Below, one piece after another: positions 19,131 through 28,740 of a stretch of 64,000 nt of DNA (the stretch's first letter is position 1; each line of letters opens with the position of its first letter). Origin of the DNA: Lachnospiraceae bacterium (lineage in GTDB: Bacteria > Bacillota > Clostridia > Lachnospirales > Lachnospiraceae); the NCBI GenBank assembly GCA_041826605.1, contig JBHAJK010000029.1:2358-66357 (forward strand), written 5' to 3'. The position numbers and the translations under genes are program-made. The notes below the pieces were generated by a model. That model was not told the origin of the DNA and made no database searches. It worked only from the letters and a program-made list of their open reading frames with translations.

Positions 19131-22100
19131 ATGCTTAAGTTATTATCATTTTTGTCCGCTAAATGGGCGATGGTAGCTACAGCAGCAGTTGTAGTGACGG
19201 TAGCTACGGGCACAGCCGTGGTGGTGCATCATAATGTTACTGCATCTAAAAAGCAGGTAGCGGTTGACCGAATAGCGGAAGACATTGCAGATGGCAGTGA
19301 GGGAGAGATGGAACAGGATGGTGCAAATTTGACTGAGGTGGCAGAGCTGCCCCCAATGGAGGTAAATGAAGATGTACAGGCAGAGGGTGGAGACAGCGCA
19401 GAAGAAAATAATGACCACCAGCCTGCAAACACAACAAACGGCAATGTGGGTAAGAAAGCTTTACCGTTGCCACAGCTACCACCATTTTCGGAATTGCTGA
19501 CAGCGGAGCTTAATAAAAATACAGCAGCCACTGTAACAAATACTCAAAGCGGAGGGGGTAGTGGCTCTAAGAGCAGTAGCGAGGCTGCAAATTCAAATAA
19601 CCCCGGAGGGAATAGTACATCCCAGAGTGGCAACACACCGGGAAATTCAAATAACCCCGGAGGGGGGATAACTCCCGCAGACGGTACAACTACAACACCT
19701 GTTGCTATGGTTGATACAACGGGCTATACCCTGGTATGGAACGAAGAGTTTAGCGGAAATACCTTAAATAGGAACGACTGGAATGTGGAGATTCATGAGC
19801 CGGGATGGGTAAATTCAGAGCTACAGGAATATGTAGACAGTGATGAAAATATACAGGTTAAGGATGGCAAGCTAATCATCACTCCTGTAAAAAAGGTAAA
19901 CGGAGATAAGGTAGAATATACTTCAGGAAGAGTAAGTACACAGAACAAAAAGACTTTTACATACGGCATATTTGAAGCAAGAGCTAAAGTTCCTACAGGT
20001 CAGGGATATTTGCCTGCATTCTGGCTTATGGCAAATGATGAGAATATATATGGTCAGTGGCCAAGATGTGGAGAAATTGACTGTATGGAAGTTATGGGAC
20101 AGACGGATAACAAGGTATATGGAACTATCCATTATGGAAATCCCCATAGCGAGAGTCAGGGAACCTACACTCTGCCTGGCGGCTCCTTTTCATCGGAGTT
20201 TCATACATTTACTGTGGAATGGTTGCCGGGAAGCATAAAGTGGTATGTGGACGGTATTTTATATCATCAGGAGGATGACTGGTATTCGACTACAGAGGGA
20301 GTGGGTACTCTTACTTATCCTGCACCCTTTGACCAGCCCTTTTATGTAATATTAAATCTGGCAGTTGGTGGAAGCTGGGTTGGATTCCCGGATGAAACTA
20401 CAGGCTTTGAAAATAATAATTATGAAATAGACTATGTGAGGGTATATCAAAAGGATAGCTATGATGAGGAGGTGGAAAAACCGGTTAAGGAAATAATTGT
20501 AAAAGAGGCTGATAATACCGGAAACTATATTACAAATGGAGCTTTCAGTGTGGATGAGGATTTGTCCGATGAAACAGACTGGAAGTTTATGGCACAGAAT
20601 GGTGGAGTAGCCAGTGCGAATATTTCTGATGGCATGATAAATATAGCTGCAGAAAATGCAGGCAGTGAAGATTATAGTGTTCAGTTGATACAGGCAGACC
20701 TTAACTTTACTAAGGGCGCAAAGTATATGGTAAGCTTTGATGCATATGCTGATGAAAACAGAACTATGAAAACAGCGGTCAAGGCACCAAAGAGAGGCTG
20801 GAAAGAATATATGCCAAGCAAGACTGTGGAACTGACGACAGAGTCACAGAGCTTTAGCTATGCATTTGTAATGACATATGATACAGACCCTCAGGGAAGA
20901 TTAGAGTTTAATATGGGTAATGCAGGAAGTACTGCTGCCATCCATATAGACAATGTAAGGCTGGAAGAAATAGTGGCGGCTGACCCTACGGCAGAGGGAA
21001 CAAAGACCATGCTGTATGATGGAAATTATGTATATAACGGCAGCTTTGATAAGGGCGATAAGCGCTTAGGAGATTGGGAATATCAGCCTGGAACAGTGGA
21101 AGTAACCGGCTTTGCAGATGGCAGAAGAGCAAAGATAACGGCTATAGAAGAAGTAGTAATATTGCGCCAGAGTGAACTGACATTTAGCACAGGAGAGGAA
21201 TATGCTTTTTCCTTTACAGCGCAGGCAGAAACTTCCGGAAGTATAAAGGCTATAATTGGAGATGTTGAAAAAATATGGGAAATAGGCACTGAAAAGAATA
21301 GCTTTGAAGCAGCAGTTACTATTGGAAGTGATAATAGGGATTTAATTTTTGAAATTCCTGCCGGAATGACTGTTTATTTGGATGATGTAAGGCTGGTGGA
21401 TAACTCGTTGTTTAAGAACGGTAGTTTTTCGTCAGGAATGGTAGGTTATGAGGTCTATGTGGATGCCTCTGCCAGTGCAACATATGTGGTCGACAACTTG
21501 CAGGAGGATAAAGCCATAAGTTTTTCAATAAGCAATACAAGTGATGCGGATTGGAAAATACAGCTTAAACAGAATAATATTCCTTTAATTAAGGGAAAGA
21601 GTTATAAGCTTGTGTTGGATGCGAAATCAACTATAGACAGAGAGATAAGACCAATTATGCAGGGTGGCGAGGAAAGAGGCTGGAAAGTTTATTCTAAAGA
21701 TAATATTGTTGCATTAACAAGTGATTTTAAGACATATGAGTACACCTTTACAATGAATGAGCCTACAGATAATCAGGCATTCCTTAGCATATGCTTAGGC
21801 GCGGTAAACGGCAGAGCTATTGATAGCAAGCATACTGTTGTTATTGATAATATTTCCTTTGAGGAAATAGATGCTTCATTGGTAGGTAGTGAGTCTGTAA
21901 ACAACACCGGTAATAATGAAGAGCCTGATATCAGCGGAGAGGATGAACCGGAAGAGGGTACCGAGCCTGGAGATGAAACAGATGGAGGAGAAAACGGTTC
22001 TGTTGGCGGAGAAGAAAACGGTTCTGCTGATGGAGAAGAAAGCGGTTCTGCTGATGGAGGAGAAAACGGTTCTGCCGGCGGAGATAATGGCGCCATTGAT

Positions 22101-22598
22101 ATGGGTGTGGTAGAAGAAGAGATGGAAGCTATTGTTTATAAAAAGACTGAAAACAACCTCTTGATAAATGATGATTTTGCAAGTATGGATGGTTGGGCAG
22201 AAACGATTGCAGAAGGTGCGGTGGCTATAAGAACCGTGGAAAACGGAGTGATAAAATATGATATTAAAAATGTGGGCACAGATGACTGGAATGTGCAGCT
22301 CAAACAGCCTAACCTACACCTTGAGCAAGACAAAACTTATATAATAGCTATGGATATTGTATCTTCAAGAAACAGAAATGTTAAACTTTGTCTTCTTCAG
22401 GATGGTACATATAAATGGTATAACGAAAAAATATTAATGCTGGAAGCGGGTAAAATCAGTCATATTGAATTTGAGTATACAGCACAGGAAGAGGATTATA
22501 ACGCATTTGTAGGGGTTTCTCTGGGTAAAATCGGAGAGGGAATTACCCCTCCGTCAATTATAAAATTTGCCAATGTATCTATAGTTGAAAAAAACTAA
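19131..22598 (+). CDS. Membrane-anchored GH16 beta-1,3(4)-glucanase with multiple CBM4-like domains
   Basis: GEIDCME (ExDxxE) catalytic motif, LNLAVGG, several NG.F...W..QL.Q CBM4-type repeats, N-terminal TM; SD GGAGGG. Confidence 0.9.
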   Translation: MLKLLSFLSAKWAMVATAAVVVTVATGTAVVVHHNVTASKKQVAVDRIAEDIADGSEGEMEQDGANLTEVAELPPMEVNEDVQAEGGDSAEENNDHQPANTTNGNVGKKALPLPQLPPFSELLTAELNKNTAATVTNTQSGGGSGSKSSSEAANSNNPGGNSTSQSGNTPGNSNNPGGGITPADGTTTTPVAMVDTTGYTLVWNEEFSGNTLNRNDWNVEIHEPGWVNSELQEYVDSDENIQVKDGKLIITPVKKVNGDKVEYTSGRVSTQNKKTFTYGIFEARAKVPTGQGYLPAFWLMANDENIYGQWPRCGEIDCMEVMGQTDNKVYGTIHYGNPHSESQGTYTLPGGSFSSEFHTFTVEWLPGSIKWYVDGILYHQEDDWYSTTEGVGTLTYPAPFDQPFYVILNLAVGGSWVGFPDETTGFENNNYEIDYVRVYQKDSYDEEVEKPVKEIIVKEADNTGNYITNGAFSVDEDLSDETDWKFMAQNGGVASANISDGMINIAAENAGSEDYSVQLIQADLNFTKGAKYMVSFDAYADENRTMKTAVKAPKRGWKEYMPSKTVELTTESQSFSYAFVMTYDTDPQGRLEFNMGNAGSTAAIHIDNVRLEEIVAADPTAEGTKTMLYDGNYVYNGSFDKGDKRLGDWEYQPGTVEVTGFADGRRAKITAIEEVVILRQSELTFSTGEEYAFSFTAQAETSGSIKAIIGDVEKIWEIGTEKNSFEAAVTIGSDNRDLIFEIPAGMTVYLDDVRLVDNSLFKNGSFSSGMVGYEVYVDASASATYVVDNLQEDKAISFSISNTSDADWKIQLKQNNIPLIKGKSYKLVLDAKSTIDREIRPIMQGGEERGWKVYSKDNIVALTSDFKTYEYTFTMNEPTDNQAFLSICLGAVNGRAIDSKHTVVIDNISFEEIDASLVGSESVNNTGNNEEPDISGEDEPEEGTEPGDETDGGENGSVGGEENGSADGEESGSADGGENGSAGGDNGAIDMGVVEEEMEAIVYKKTENNLLINDDFASMDGWAETIAEGAVAIRTVENGVIKYDIKNVGTDDWNVQLKQPNLHLEQDKTYIIAMDIVSSRNRNVKLCLLQDGTYKWYNEKILMLEAGKISHIEFEYTAQEEDYNAFVGVSLGKIGEGITPPSIIKFANVSIVEKN
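21981..22076 (+). repeat. Four 24-nt tandem repeats encoding an acidic linker (D/G)G(G/E)E(N/S)GS(V/A)
   Basis: GATGGAGGAGAAAACGGTTCTGTT and three variants in tandem. Confidence 0.85.
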
Positions 22599-22733
22599 GC
22601 ATATTTTAATTAAAAGGGATATTGTATTAAGCTATAAAAATAAATGATAGAAAGTAAAGGATTAATTTTATAGCTATGGGAAGTAATTTATTGTAAAATG
22701 TAACTAATTTAGTATGTATTGAAAGGGTAGCAA

Positions 22734-23495
22734 ATGGATTTATCCAAGGAATGGCACAGAAGTGAATTTTTAAATCTGGAATCCTCTATCTCTCACAGGG
22801 AGATAGAGGAGGAGCTGCCCTTTTATGCAGCTATAGCGGCAGGAGATATAGAGGCAGTGGAAGCAAACTGCGCAGCAGGTAGCTTTGCAGACCCTACAGG
22901 AATGGGAAAGCTGTCAGAGGATGCCCTTAAAAATATCAGATATCATTTTATAGTAACCATTGCTCTGGCAGTGCGTTACTGTATCCATGCAGGAATGGAG
23001 CAGGAAAAGGCATATGCATTTAGTGATTTTGCTATTCTTAGTATGGATGGACTTAAAACTATTAAGGATATAGTGGAGCTTCACGATAAAACATGCATGG
23101 ATTTATGCAGGCAGATGAAGCTTATTAGAACTTCCAATATACTTAGCAAGCCGGTGGTGCTCTGTATTGATTATATATACAGCCATATTCATCAGCGTAT
23201 AAGGCTGGAGGATTTGGCGGAGGCGGCTAATGTGAGCACAAGCTATCTTTCCAGGCTGTTTGTAAAAGAGATGGGGATAAATATCAGCGCATATATTCTT
23301 GAGCTTAAATTGGATAAATCAAAAAATTTATTAAAATATTCGGATTACAGTATTACCGAAATATCAAATTACTTATCCTTTTCTTCTCAGAGTTATTTTA
23401 TAGATGTTTTTAAGAAAGGAACGGGGCTTACACCTCATAAATACAGAATGAAGTATTTTAGAAAAAACTGGAGAGAGCTTAGCAAATGGGGATAA
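22734..23495 (+). CDS. AraC-family transcriptional regulator
   Basis: C-terminal double HTH (SYLSRLF...FSSQSYF..VFKK.TG.TP..YR). Confidence 0.92.
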   Translation: MDLSKEWHRSEFLNLESSISHREIEEELPFYAAIAAGDIEAVEANCAAGSFADPTGMGKLSEDALKNIRYHFIVTIALAVRYCIHAGMEQEKAYAFSDFAILSMDGLKTIKDIVELHDKTCMDLCRQMKLIRTSNILSKPVVLCIDYIYSHIHQRIRLEDLAEAANVSTSYLSRLFVKEMGINISAYILELKLDKSKNLLKYSDYSITEISNYLSFSSQSYFIDVFKKGTGLTPHKYRMKYFRKNWRELSKWG

Positions 23496-23571
23496 AATGG
23501 GGGTTCTGACAGCAAATAAAATGTCTCTAAAAACTTTTTGAAAAACTTTTGAAAAACTTTTAAAAAATGTA

Positions 23572-23600
23572 TTGACATTATATGATGCCTAAATTATAAT
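23572..23600 (+). promoter_or_regulatory. Consensus sigma-A promoter of tRNA operon with upstream phased A/T tracts
   Basis: TTGACA-17bp-TATAAT; AAAACTTTT repeated 3x at about 11-bp spacing at 23529-23562. Confidence 0.88.
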
Positions 23601-23631
23601 AACACTTGCGTCACGGGAAAGGATGCGAAAG

Positions 23632-23706
23632 CGGGGTGTGGCTCAGCTTGGCTAGAGCACCTGGTTTGGGACCAGGGGGTCGCAGGTTCGAATCCTGTCA
23701 CCCCGA
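23632..23706 (+). tRNA. tRNA-Pro(TGG)
   Basis: CGGGGTG/CACCCCG acceptor stem, CTGGT-TTGGGAC anticodon arm, GGTTCGAATCC; no encoded CCA. Confidence 0.95.
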
Positions 23707-23732
23707 TGTAAATCTAAATAAATATTATTTTT

Positions 23733-23803
23733 GCGGGTGTAGTTCAATGGTAGAACACTAGCCTTCCAAGCTAGATACGTGGGTTCGATTCCCATCACCC
23801 GCT
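23733..23803 (+). tRNA. tRNA-Gly(TCC)
   Basis: GCGGGTG/CACCCGC acceptor, CTAGC-CTTCCAA-GCTAG. Confidence 0.95.
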
Positions 23804-23848
23804 TTCTTAATTCTAAGGGTTCTTTTTTAGGGTTGGGATGTGGAACAT

Positions 23849-23922
<74 letters not shown>

Positions 23923-23933
23923 TTTTTTATTAT

Positions 23934-24008
23934 GGTGGGTATAGCGCAGTTGGTTAGCGCGCCAGATTGTGGCTCTGGAGGCCGAGGGTTCGAATCCCTC
24001 TATCCACC
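23934..24008 (+). tRNA. tRNA-His(GTG), including G-1
   Basis: CCAGA-TTGTGGC-TCTGG anticodon arm. Confidence 0.95.
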
Positions 24009-24031
24009 CTGGTGGCTTATGCCATATACAT

Positions 24032-24103
24032 TGGGCCATCGCCAAGCGGTAAGGCATAGCACTTTGACTGCTACATTCACTGGTTCAAATCCAGTTGGCC
24101 CAG
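24032..24103 (+). tRNA. tRNA-Gln(TTG)
   Basis: TAGCA-CTTTGAC-TGCTA anticodon arm. Confidence 0.95.
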
Positions 24104-24147
24104 CTAGGGTCAAGGAATTGTACCCGTGAAGAATTACATTTTAAAAT

Positions 24148-24220
24148 GGGCTACTAGCTCAGTTGGTAGAGCACTTGACTTTTAATCAAGTTGTCCCGGG
24201 TTCGATTCCCGGGTAGCTCA
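24148..24220 (+). tRNA. tRNA-Lys(TTT)
   Basis: CTTGA-CTTTTAA-TCAAG anticodon arm. Confidence 0.95.
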
Positions 24221-24226
24221 TTCCTT

Positions 24227-24269
24227 AAACCCCGTACGAACAGTATGTTTGTACGGGGTTTATCTTTTT
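24227..24269 (+). terminator. tRNA operon terminator
   Basis: AAACCCCGTACGAACA-GTA-TGTTTGTACGGGGTTT plus T-rich tail. Confidence 0.85.
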
Positions 24270-24467
24270 CTGCATCCCATGCAGAACGTATTTTTCTCCC
24301 CTCAAAAATTCACATATTACCGTTTATGCATAAAACAATTCAGTTTGTGCAACTTTTTTAAATATAATTATGCAATGAGTTATCTTTAGTATAGAAGATA
24401 ATATTGTTGGGTCGTTTATACCACAGTTAACAGCCGTGCATACTACCCTGAAAACTTGAATGAGGGT

Positions 24468-24617
24468 ATGGCAAACTGGATGAAGATGGCAATCGTTATA
24501 GATGTAATCCTTTGCGCGGTAATTGTTTGCCTCTGTGTACTTGCTGTTAAGGCATATCTTAAGCAGAGAAAAGAAGAGCCGGTTGTGGAAGAGGTTGCAA
24601 CTGCTTCAGCAGAATAA
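24468..24617 (+). CDS. Small single-TM protein (49 aa), absent from ORF track
   Basis: MANWMKMAIVIDVILCAVIVCLCVLAVKAYLKQRKEEPVVEEVATASAE*; GAGGG SD-like motif and its own terminator. Confidence 0.65.
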   Translation: MANWMKMAIVIDVILCAVIVCLCVLAVKAYLKQRKEEPVVEEVATASAE

Positions 24618-24650
24618 ATTTTATCAATGAAAAATTTAACAATATAATTA

Positions 24651-24686
24651 ATAGAGCGTAGCAGTTTTTTGCTACGCTCTATCTTG
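24651..24686 (+). terminator. Terminator hairpin after the small ORF
   Basis: ATAGAGCGTAGCA...TGCTACGCTCTAT. Confidence 0.75.
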
Positions 24687-24743
24687 TGAAAAGCTTCAAA
24701 TTGTGCTACTCTGATTTGACAAAGTTGAAGGTAGGTTGGATAG

Positions 24744-25328
24744 ATGAATTTTGGTTTGTATTTTTTAGTGAATAGTGCGTTGATGGGAGTAGGGTTGGCA
24801 ATGGATGCTTTCTCTGTATCAATAGCAAATGGATTGAATGAACCAGATATGAATGCCGGCAAAGTTTCTAAAATTGCCGGCACTTTTGCGTTCTTTCAGT
24901 TTTTAATGCCTATTCTGGGGTGGGTCTGTGTGCACACCATTGTAAAGTATTTTACGTATTTTGAAGAACTGATACCCTGGATTGCGCTAATACTCTTATT
25001 GTATATAGGTATAAAGATGCTTGTGGAGGGCATAAGAGGCTCGGAGGATGATGAGGCAAAACGCCTTGGAAAACGTATGCTGCTCATGCAGGGAATAGCC
25101 ACTTCCATTGATGCTCTTTCTGTGGGCTTTGCCATAGCAGGCTATAGTGCGATGTCGGCTGTATGGGCATGTATAATAATAGCTGTGGCAACATTTGTAC
25201 TTTGTGTTATCGGATTAAAAATAGGAAAAAAAGCAGGAGAGGGGCTGGCTTCAAAAGCTACCATAGTAGGCGGTATAATTCTTATAGGAATCGGATTGGA
25301 AATTTTTATAAGAGCAAAGTTTTTTTAG
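24744..25328 (+). CDS. mntP: Manganese efflux pump MntP family
   Basis: GLAMDAFSVS and IATSIDALSVG duplicated motifs. Confidence 0.88.
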   Translation: MNFGLYFLVNSALMGVGLAMDAFSVSIANGLNEPDMNAGKVSKIAGTFAFFQFLMPILGWVCVHTIVKYFTYFEELIPWIALILLLYIGIKMLVEGIRGSEDDEAKRLGKRMLLMQGIATSIDALSVGFAIAGYSAMSAVWACIIIAVATFVLCVIGLKIGKKAGEGLASKATIVGGIILIGIGLEIFIRAKFF

Positions 25329-25512
25329 AGTATTTTTTAGCGGGGATAAATACTACAGAAACAATATATTTTATAGAGAATATTAATTGCATTGGCGCGA
25401 CAGATATTGTAGAATATATCTGTCGCGCCAATGCGTTGCGGCTTTAAATTATTAAAGTGAGAAAAGCAGGCTGGAAGTATACTTTGTAACCTGCAATCGG
25501 AATGGAGTAAGT

Positions 25513-27150
25513 ATGCCGGTAATGGATTATTTACATAGAAATGCAAAGATGTACCCTGATGAGGTAGCATTGGTGGAGCTAAACCCTGATGAACAGGATA
25601 CAAGACGTATAACATGGAAAGAATATGATTTAATAGAGTCTACCAGATTTGCCCCATACAGGAGAGAGATTACCTGGGAGGTATTTCAGGAAAAGGCAAA
25701 CCGCTTTTCCCATTTGCTCTTGGACAGAGGAATTAAAAAGGGAGATAAGGTGGCTATTATTATGTATAACTGCCTGGAGTGGTTGCCGATTTACTTTGGA
25801 ATACTTCAGACAGGAGCTATAGCTGTTCCATATAATTTCCGATATGATGCAGAAGAAATTTTGTACTGCACCGAGCTTTCGGAAGTGGATGTAATTGTAT
25901 TCGGGCCGGAATTTATAGGACGTATTGAGGCAAATGCAGAAAGACTGTCAAAGGGCAGACTTTTAATATTCGTAGGAGATAATTGCCCCAGCTTTGCAGA
26001 GGGGTATCGTGAATTGGTGGCGGATTGCTCAAGCAAGGATGTAGATATTGAAATAAGTGATGAGGATTTTGGCGCAATCTATTTTTCGTCAGGCACTACA
26101 GGATTTCCTAAGGCCATACTTCATAAGCACTTAAGCCTGACGCAGGCTGCTGAAATGGAACAGAAGCATCACAGTACAGGGCGGGAGGATGTATTTTTAT
26201 GTATTCCTCCACTGTACCATACGGGGGCAAAATTTCACTGGATGGGCTCACTGGTGGCAGGCAGTAAGGCGGTGCTTTTAAAGGGAGCTAAGCCCGCTAC
26301 TATATTATCGGCGGTTTCAAGTGAGGAATGCTCCATTGTGTGGCTGTTGGTGCCTTGGGCACAGGATATTTTAGATGCTCTGGATAATGGCACTTTAAAG
26401 ATGTCCGATTACAATCTGGATAAATGGAGATTGATGCATATTGGTGCACAGCCTGTTCCGCCATCATTGATTAAACGCTGGAAAAAATATTTTCCGACTC
26501 ATGATTATGACACAAACTATGGTCTTTCAGAGTCCACGGGTCCCGGCTGTGTCCACTTGGGCGTGGAGAACATCCATAAGGTAGGTGCCATTGGAGTGCC
26601 GGGCTATAGATGGGAATGTAAGATTGTAGATGAGAGCAACTTGGAAGTGACAAAGGGCGAGGTTGGAGAGCTTTGCGTTAAAGGCCCCGGTGTTATGACC
26701 TGCTACTATAATAATCCTGAAGCCACAGCAGAAACCATTAAGGATGGCTGGCTTTATACAGGGGATATGGCTATGCAGGATGAGGATGGATTTATATTCC
26801 TTGTAGACAGGAAAAAAGATGTTATTGTAAGCGGTGGCGAGAATATTTATCCTGTTCAGATTGAGAATTTTATTCGTAAAAATAATAAGGTTAAGGATGT
26901 GGCTGTAATAGGACTTCCAGATACAAGATTGGGAGAAAAGACTGCGGCTATTGTAGAGGTCAAGGATGGCGAGAATTTAAGTCGCGAGGAATTGGATGAA
27001 TTCTGTAAAGAGCTTCCAAGATATAAGCGACCTAAGGAAATTATTTTTGAGGATATTCCAAGAAATGCAACGGGAAAGATTGAGAAGCCTAAGCTTCGTA
27101 AGCGCTACGGTGCGGATAATCTTATTGCAAGGGAAAATGAATTGGAATAA
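25513..27150 (+). CDS. Class I adenylate-forming enzyme (acyl-CoA synthetase)
   Basis: FSSGTTGFPK, YGLSE, YTGD, DRKKD and TGKIEK motifs. Confidence 0.92.
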   Translation: MPVMDYLHRNAKMYPDEVALVELNPDEQDTRRITWKEYDLIESTRFAPYRREITWEVFQEKANRFSHLLLDRGIKKGDKVAIIMYNCLEWLPIYFGILQTGAIAVPYNFRYDAEEILYCTELSEVDVIVFGPEFIGRIEANAERLSKGRLLIFVGDNCPSFAEGYRELVADCSSKDVDIEISDEDFGAIYFSSGTTGFPKAILHKHLSLTQAAEMEQKHHSTGREDVFLCIPPLYHTGAKFHWMGSLVAGSKAVLLKGAKPATILSAVSSEECSIVWLLVPWAQDILDALDNGTLKMSDYNLDKWRLMHIGAQPVPPSLIKRWKKYFPTHDYDTNYGLSESTGPGCVHLGVENIHKVGAIGVPGYRWECKIVDESNLEVTKGEVGELCVKGPGVMTCYYNNPEATAETIKDGWLYTGDMAMQDEDGFIFLVDRKKDVIVSGGENIYPVQIENFIRKNNKVKDVAVIGLPDTRLGEKTAAIVEVKDGENLSREELDEFCKELPRYKRPKEIIFEDIPRNATGKIEKPKLRKRYGADNLIARENELE

Positions 27151-27190
27151 AAATGCAATATAGATAAAGAAGATAAGTGTTAGAGCTTGT

Positions 27191-27254
27191 GGCTCTGTAG
27201 ACTGTTTGAGTATCAGAAGAAATTTTGATACCGACAGGATGCAGAGCCTTTTTT
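27191..27254 (+). terminator. Long imperfect hairpin terminator
   Basis: GGCTCTGTA...TGCAGAGCC followed by TTTTTT. Confidence 0.7.
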
Positions 27255-27310
27255 GTATATAAGTAAAAACTATAACCATTCATCATATATGATAATAACA
27301 AATAACTAAT

Positions 27311-27346
27311 AAACCTATTGACTTAGTAGGAATTAAGGTTTAAACT
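27311..27346 (+). promoter_or_regulatory. sigma-A promoter overlapped by a palindromic putative Rrf2 (CymR/IscR-like) operator
   Basis: TTGACT-17-TAAACT; CCTA-N9-TAGG palindrome spanning the -35, upstream of sulfur and Fe-S genes. Confidence 0.5.
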
Positions 27347-27421
27347 ACAATTAGTTTAGAGCTAAACAGATATAAGAGATTGTATAACAGGTTGAGAGAT
27401 AGACAATAAGGAGGCATAAAA

Positions 27422-28708
27422 ATGGCAGATTATAGATTTGAAACACTTCAATTACATGTAGGACAGGAAAATCCGGATCCCACAACAGATGCAAGGGCGG
27501 TACCCATATATCAGACAACAAGCTATGTGTTTAGAGATTCAGCACATGCGGCTGCCAGATTTGGACTTGCAGACTCCGGAAATATTTATGGCAGACTTAC
27601 AAATTCCACTCAGGATGTACTGGAAAAAAGAGTAGCGGCGTTGGAGGGCGGCAGTGCCGCGTTGGCAGTTGCCAGTGGAGCGGCAGCAGTTACATATACT
27701 ATAGAAGCGTTAGCAGGTAATGGCGGTCATATAGTTGCCCAGAAGACTATTTACGGAGGAAGCTATAACCTTTTAGCACATACACTTCCGGGATATGGCA
27801 TTGAAACAACCTTTGTGGATATTCATAATCTTGCAGAAGCAGAGAGTGCCATCAAAGAAAATACAAGGGCAATCTTTATAGAGTCATTGGGAAATCCTAA
27901 CAGTGATGTGGCAGATGTGGACGCTTTGGCAGAGCTTGCACATAAAAATAATATTCCCCTTGTAGTGGACAATACCTTTGGTGCTGCATATTGGTTTAGA
28001 CCTATTGAGCACGGGGCAGATATTGTAGTACATTCTGCCACAAAATTCTTTGGAGGACATGGTACAACTCTGGGAGGCCTGATTGTGGAGTCGGGTAAAT
28101 TTGACTGGAAATCAAGCGGAAAGCATTTAAGTATTTCAAACCCCAACCCAAGCTATCATGGCATTTCCTTTGCGGAAGCACTGCCTAATGCTGCTTTTGT
28201 TACATATATAAGAGCGATTTTACTTAGAGATACAGGGGCTGCAATTTCTCCGTTTAATGCATTTTTGTTATTACAGGGAATTGAAACACTATCTCTCAGA
28301 CTTGACAGACATGGAGAGAATACTAAAAAGGTAGTGGAATTTTTATCAAACCATCCACAGGTGGAAAAGGTCAATCATCCATCACTAAAAGAGCATCCTG
28401 ATTATGAGCTTTATAATAAGCTGTTTAAAAGAGGTGGTGGAAGCATATTTACCTTTGATATTAAAGGAGGAGAAAAGGAAGCATATAAATTTATTGACAG
28501 CTTAAAAATATTTTCTATTCTGGCAAATGTGGCAGATGCAAAGAGCCTTGTTATTCATCCTGCTACAACTACTCATTCACAGCTATCGGATAAGGAGCTT
28601 GATGAACAGAATATAAAACCAAATACAATCAGGCTTTCAATAGGTATTGAACATATAGATGATATTTTAGAGGACATAGGACAGGCGCTGGAGGCAGCAA
28701 AGGGTTGA
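27422..28708 (+). CDS. metY: O-acetylhomoserine aminocarboxypropyltransferase / sulfhydrylase
   Basis: PIYQTTSY, HSATKF.GGHG (PLP Lys) and IHPATTTHSQL motifs. Confidence 0.9.
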   Translation: MADYRFETLQLHVGQENPDPTTDARAVPIYQTTSYVFRDSAHAAARFGLADSGNIYGRLTNSTQDVLEKRVAALEGGSAALAVASGAAAVTYTIEALAGNGGHIVAQKTIYGGSYNLLAHTLPGYGIETTFVDIHNLAEAESAIKENTRAIFIESLGNPNSDVADVDALAELAHKNNIPLVVDNTFGAAYWFRPIEHGADIVVHSATKFFGGHGTTLGGLIVESGKFDWKSSGKHLSISNPNPSYHGISFAEALPNAAFVTYIRAILLRDTGAAISPFNAFLLLQGIETLSLRLDRHGENTKKVVEFLSNHPQVEKVNHPSLKEHPDYELYNKLFKRGGGSIFTFDIKGGEKEAYKFIDSLKIFSILANVADAKSLVIHPATTTHSQLSDKELDEQNIKPNTIRLSIGIEHIDDILEDIGQALEAAKG

Positions 28709-28740
28709 TACTATGCAGCCGGTGCCATTAAGGAGGCAAA

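Noticed and set aside
24651-24682. Shared AGCGTAGCA/TGCTACGCT stem with the cstA terminator (34621) as a repeat family
   Set aside because: Only about 9 bp in two terminators; too short to support common origin.
24690-24743. yybP-ykoY Mn2+ riboswitch expected upstream of mntP
   Set aside because: No AAGGGGAGTAG-like core, and only about 55 nt lie between the terminator and the start.
25396-25426. GCGACA...TGTCGC core shared with the yhcG palindrome
   Set aside because: Only a 6-bp arm match with very different spacing; chance is a sufficient explanation.
27191-27254. SAM-I riboswitch or T-box upstream of metY
   Set aside because: No S-box or T-box signature; the hairpin lies upstream of the metY promoter and fits the previous gene's terminator.
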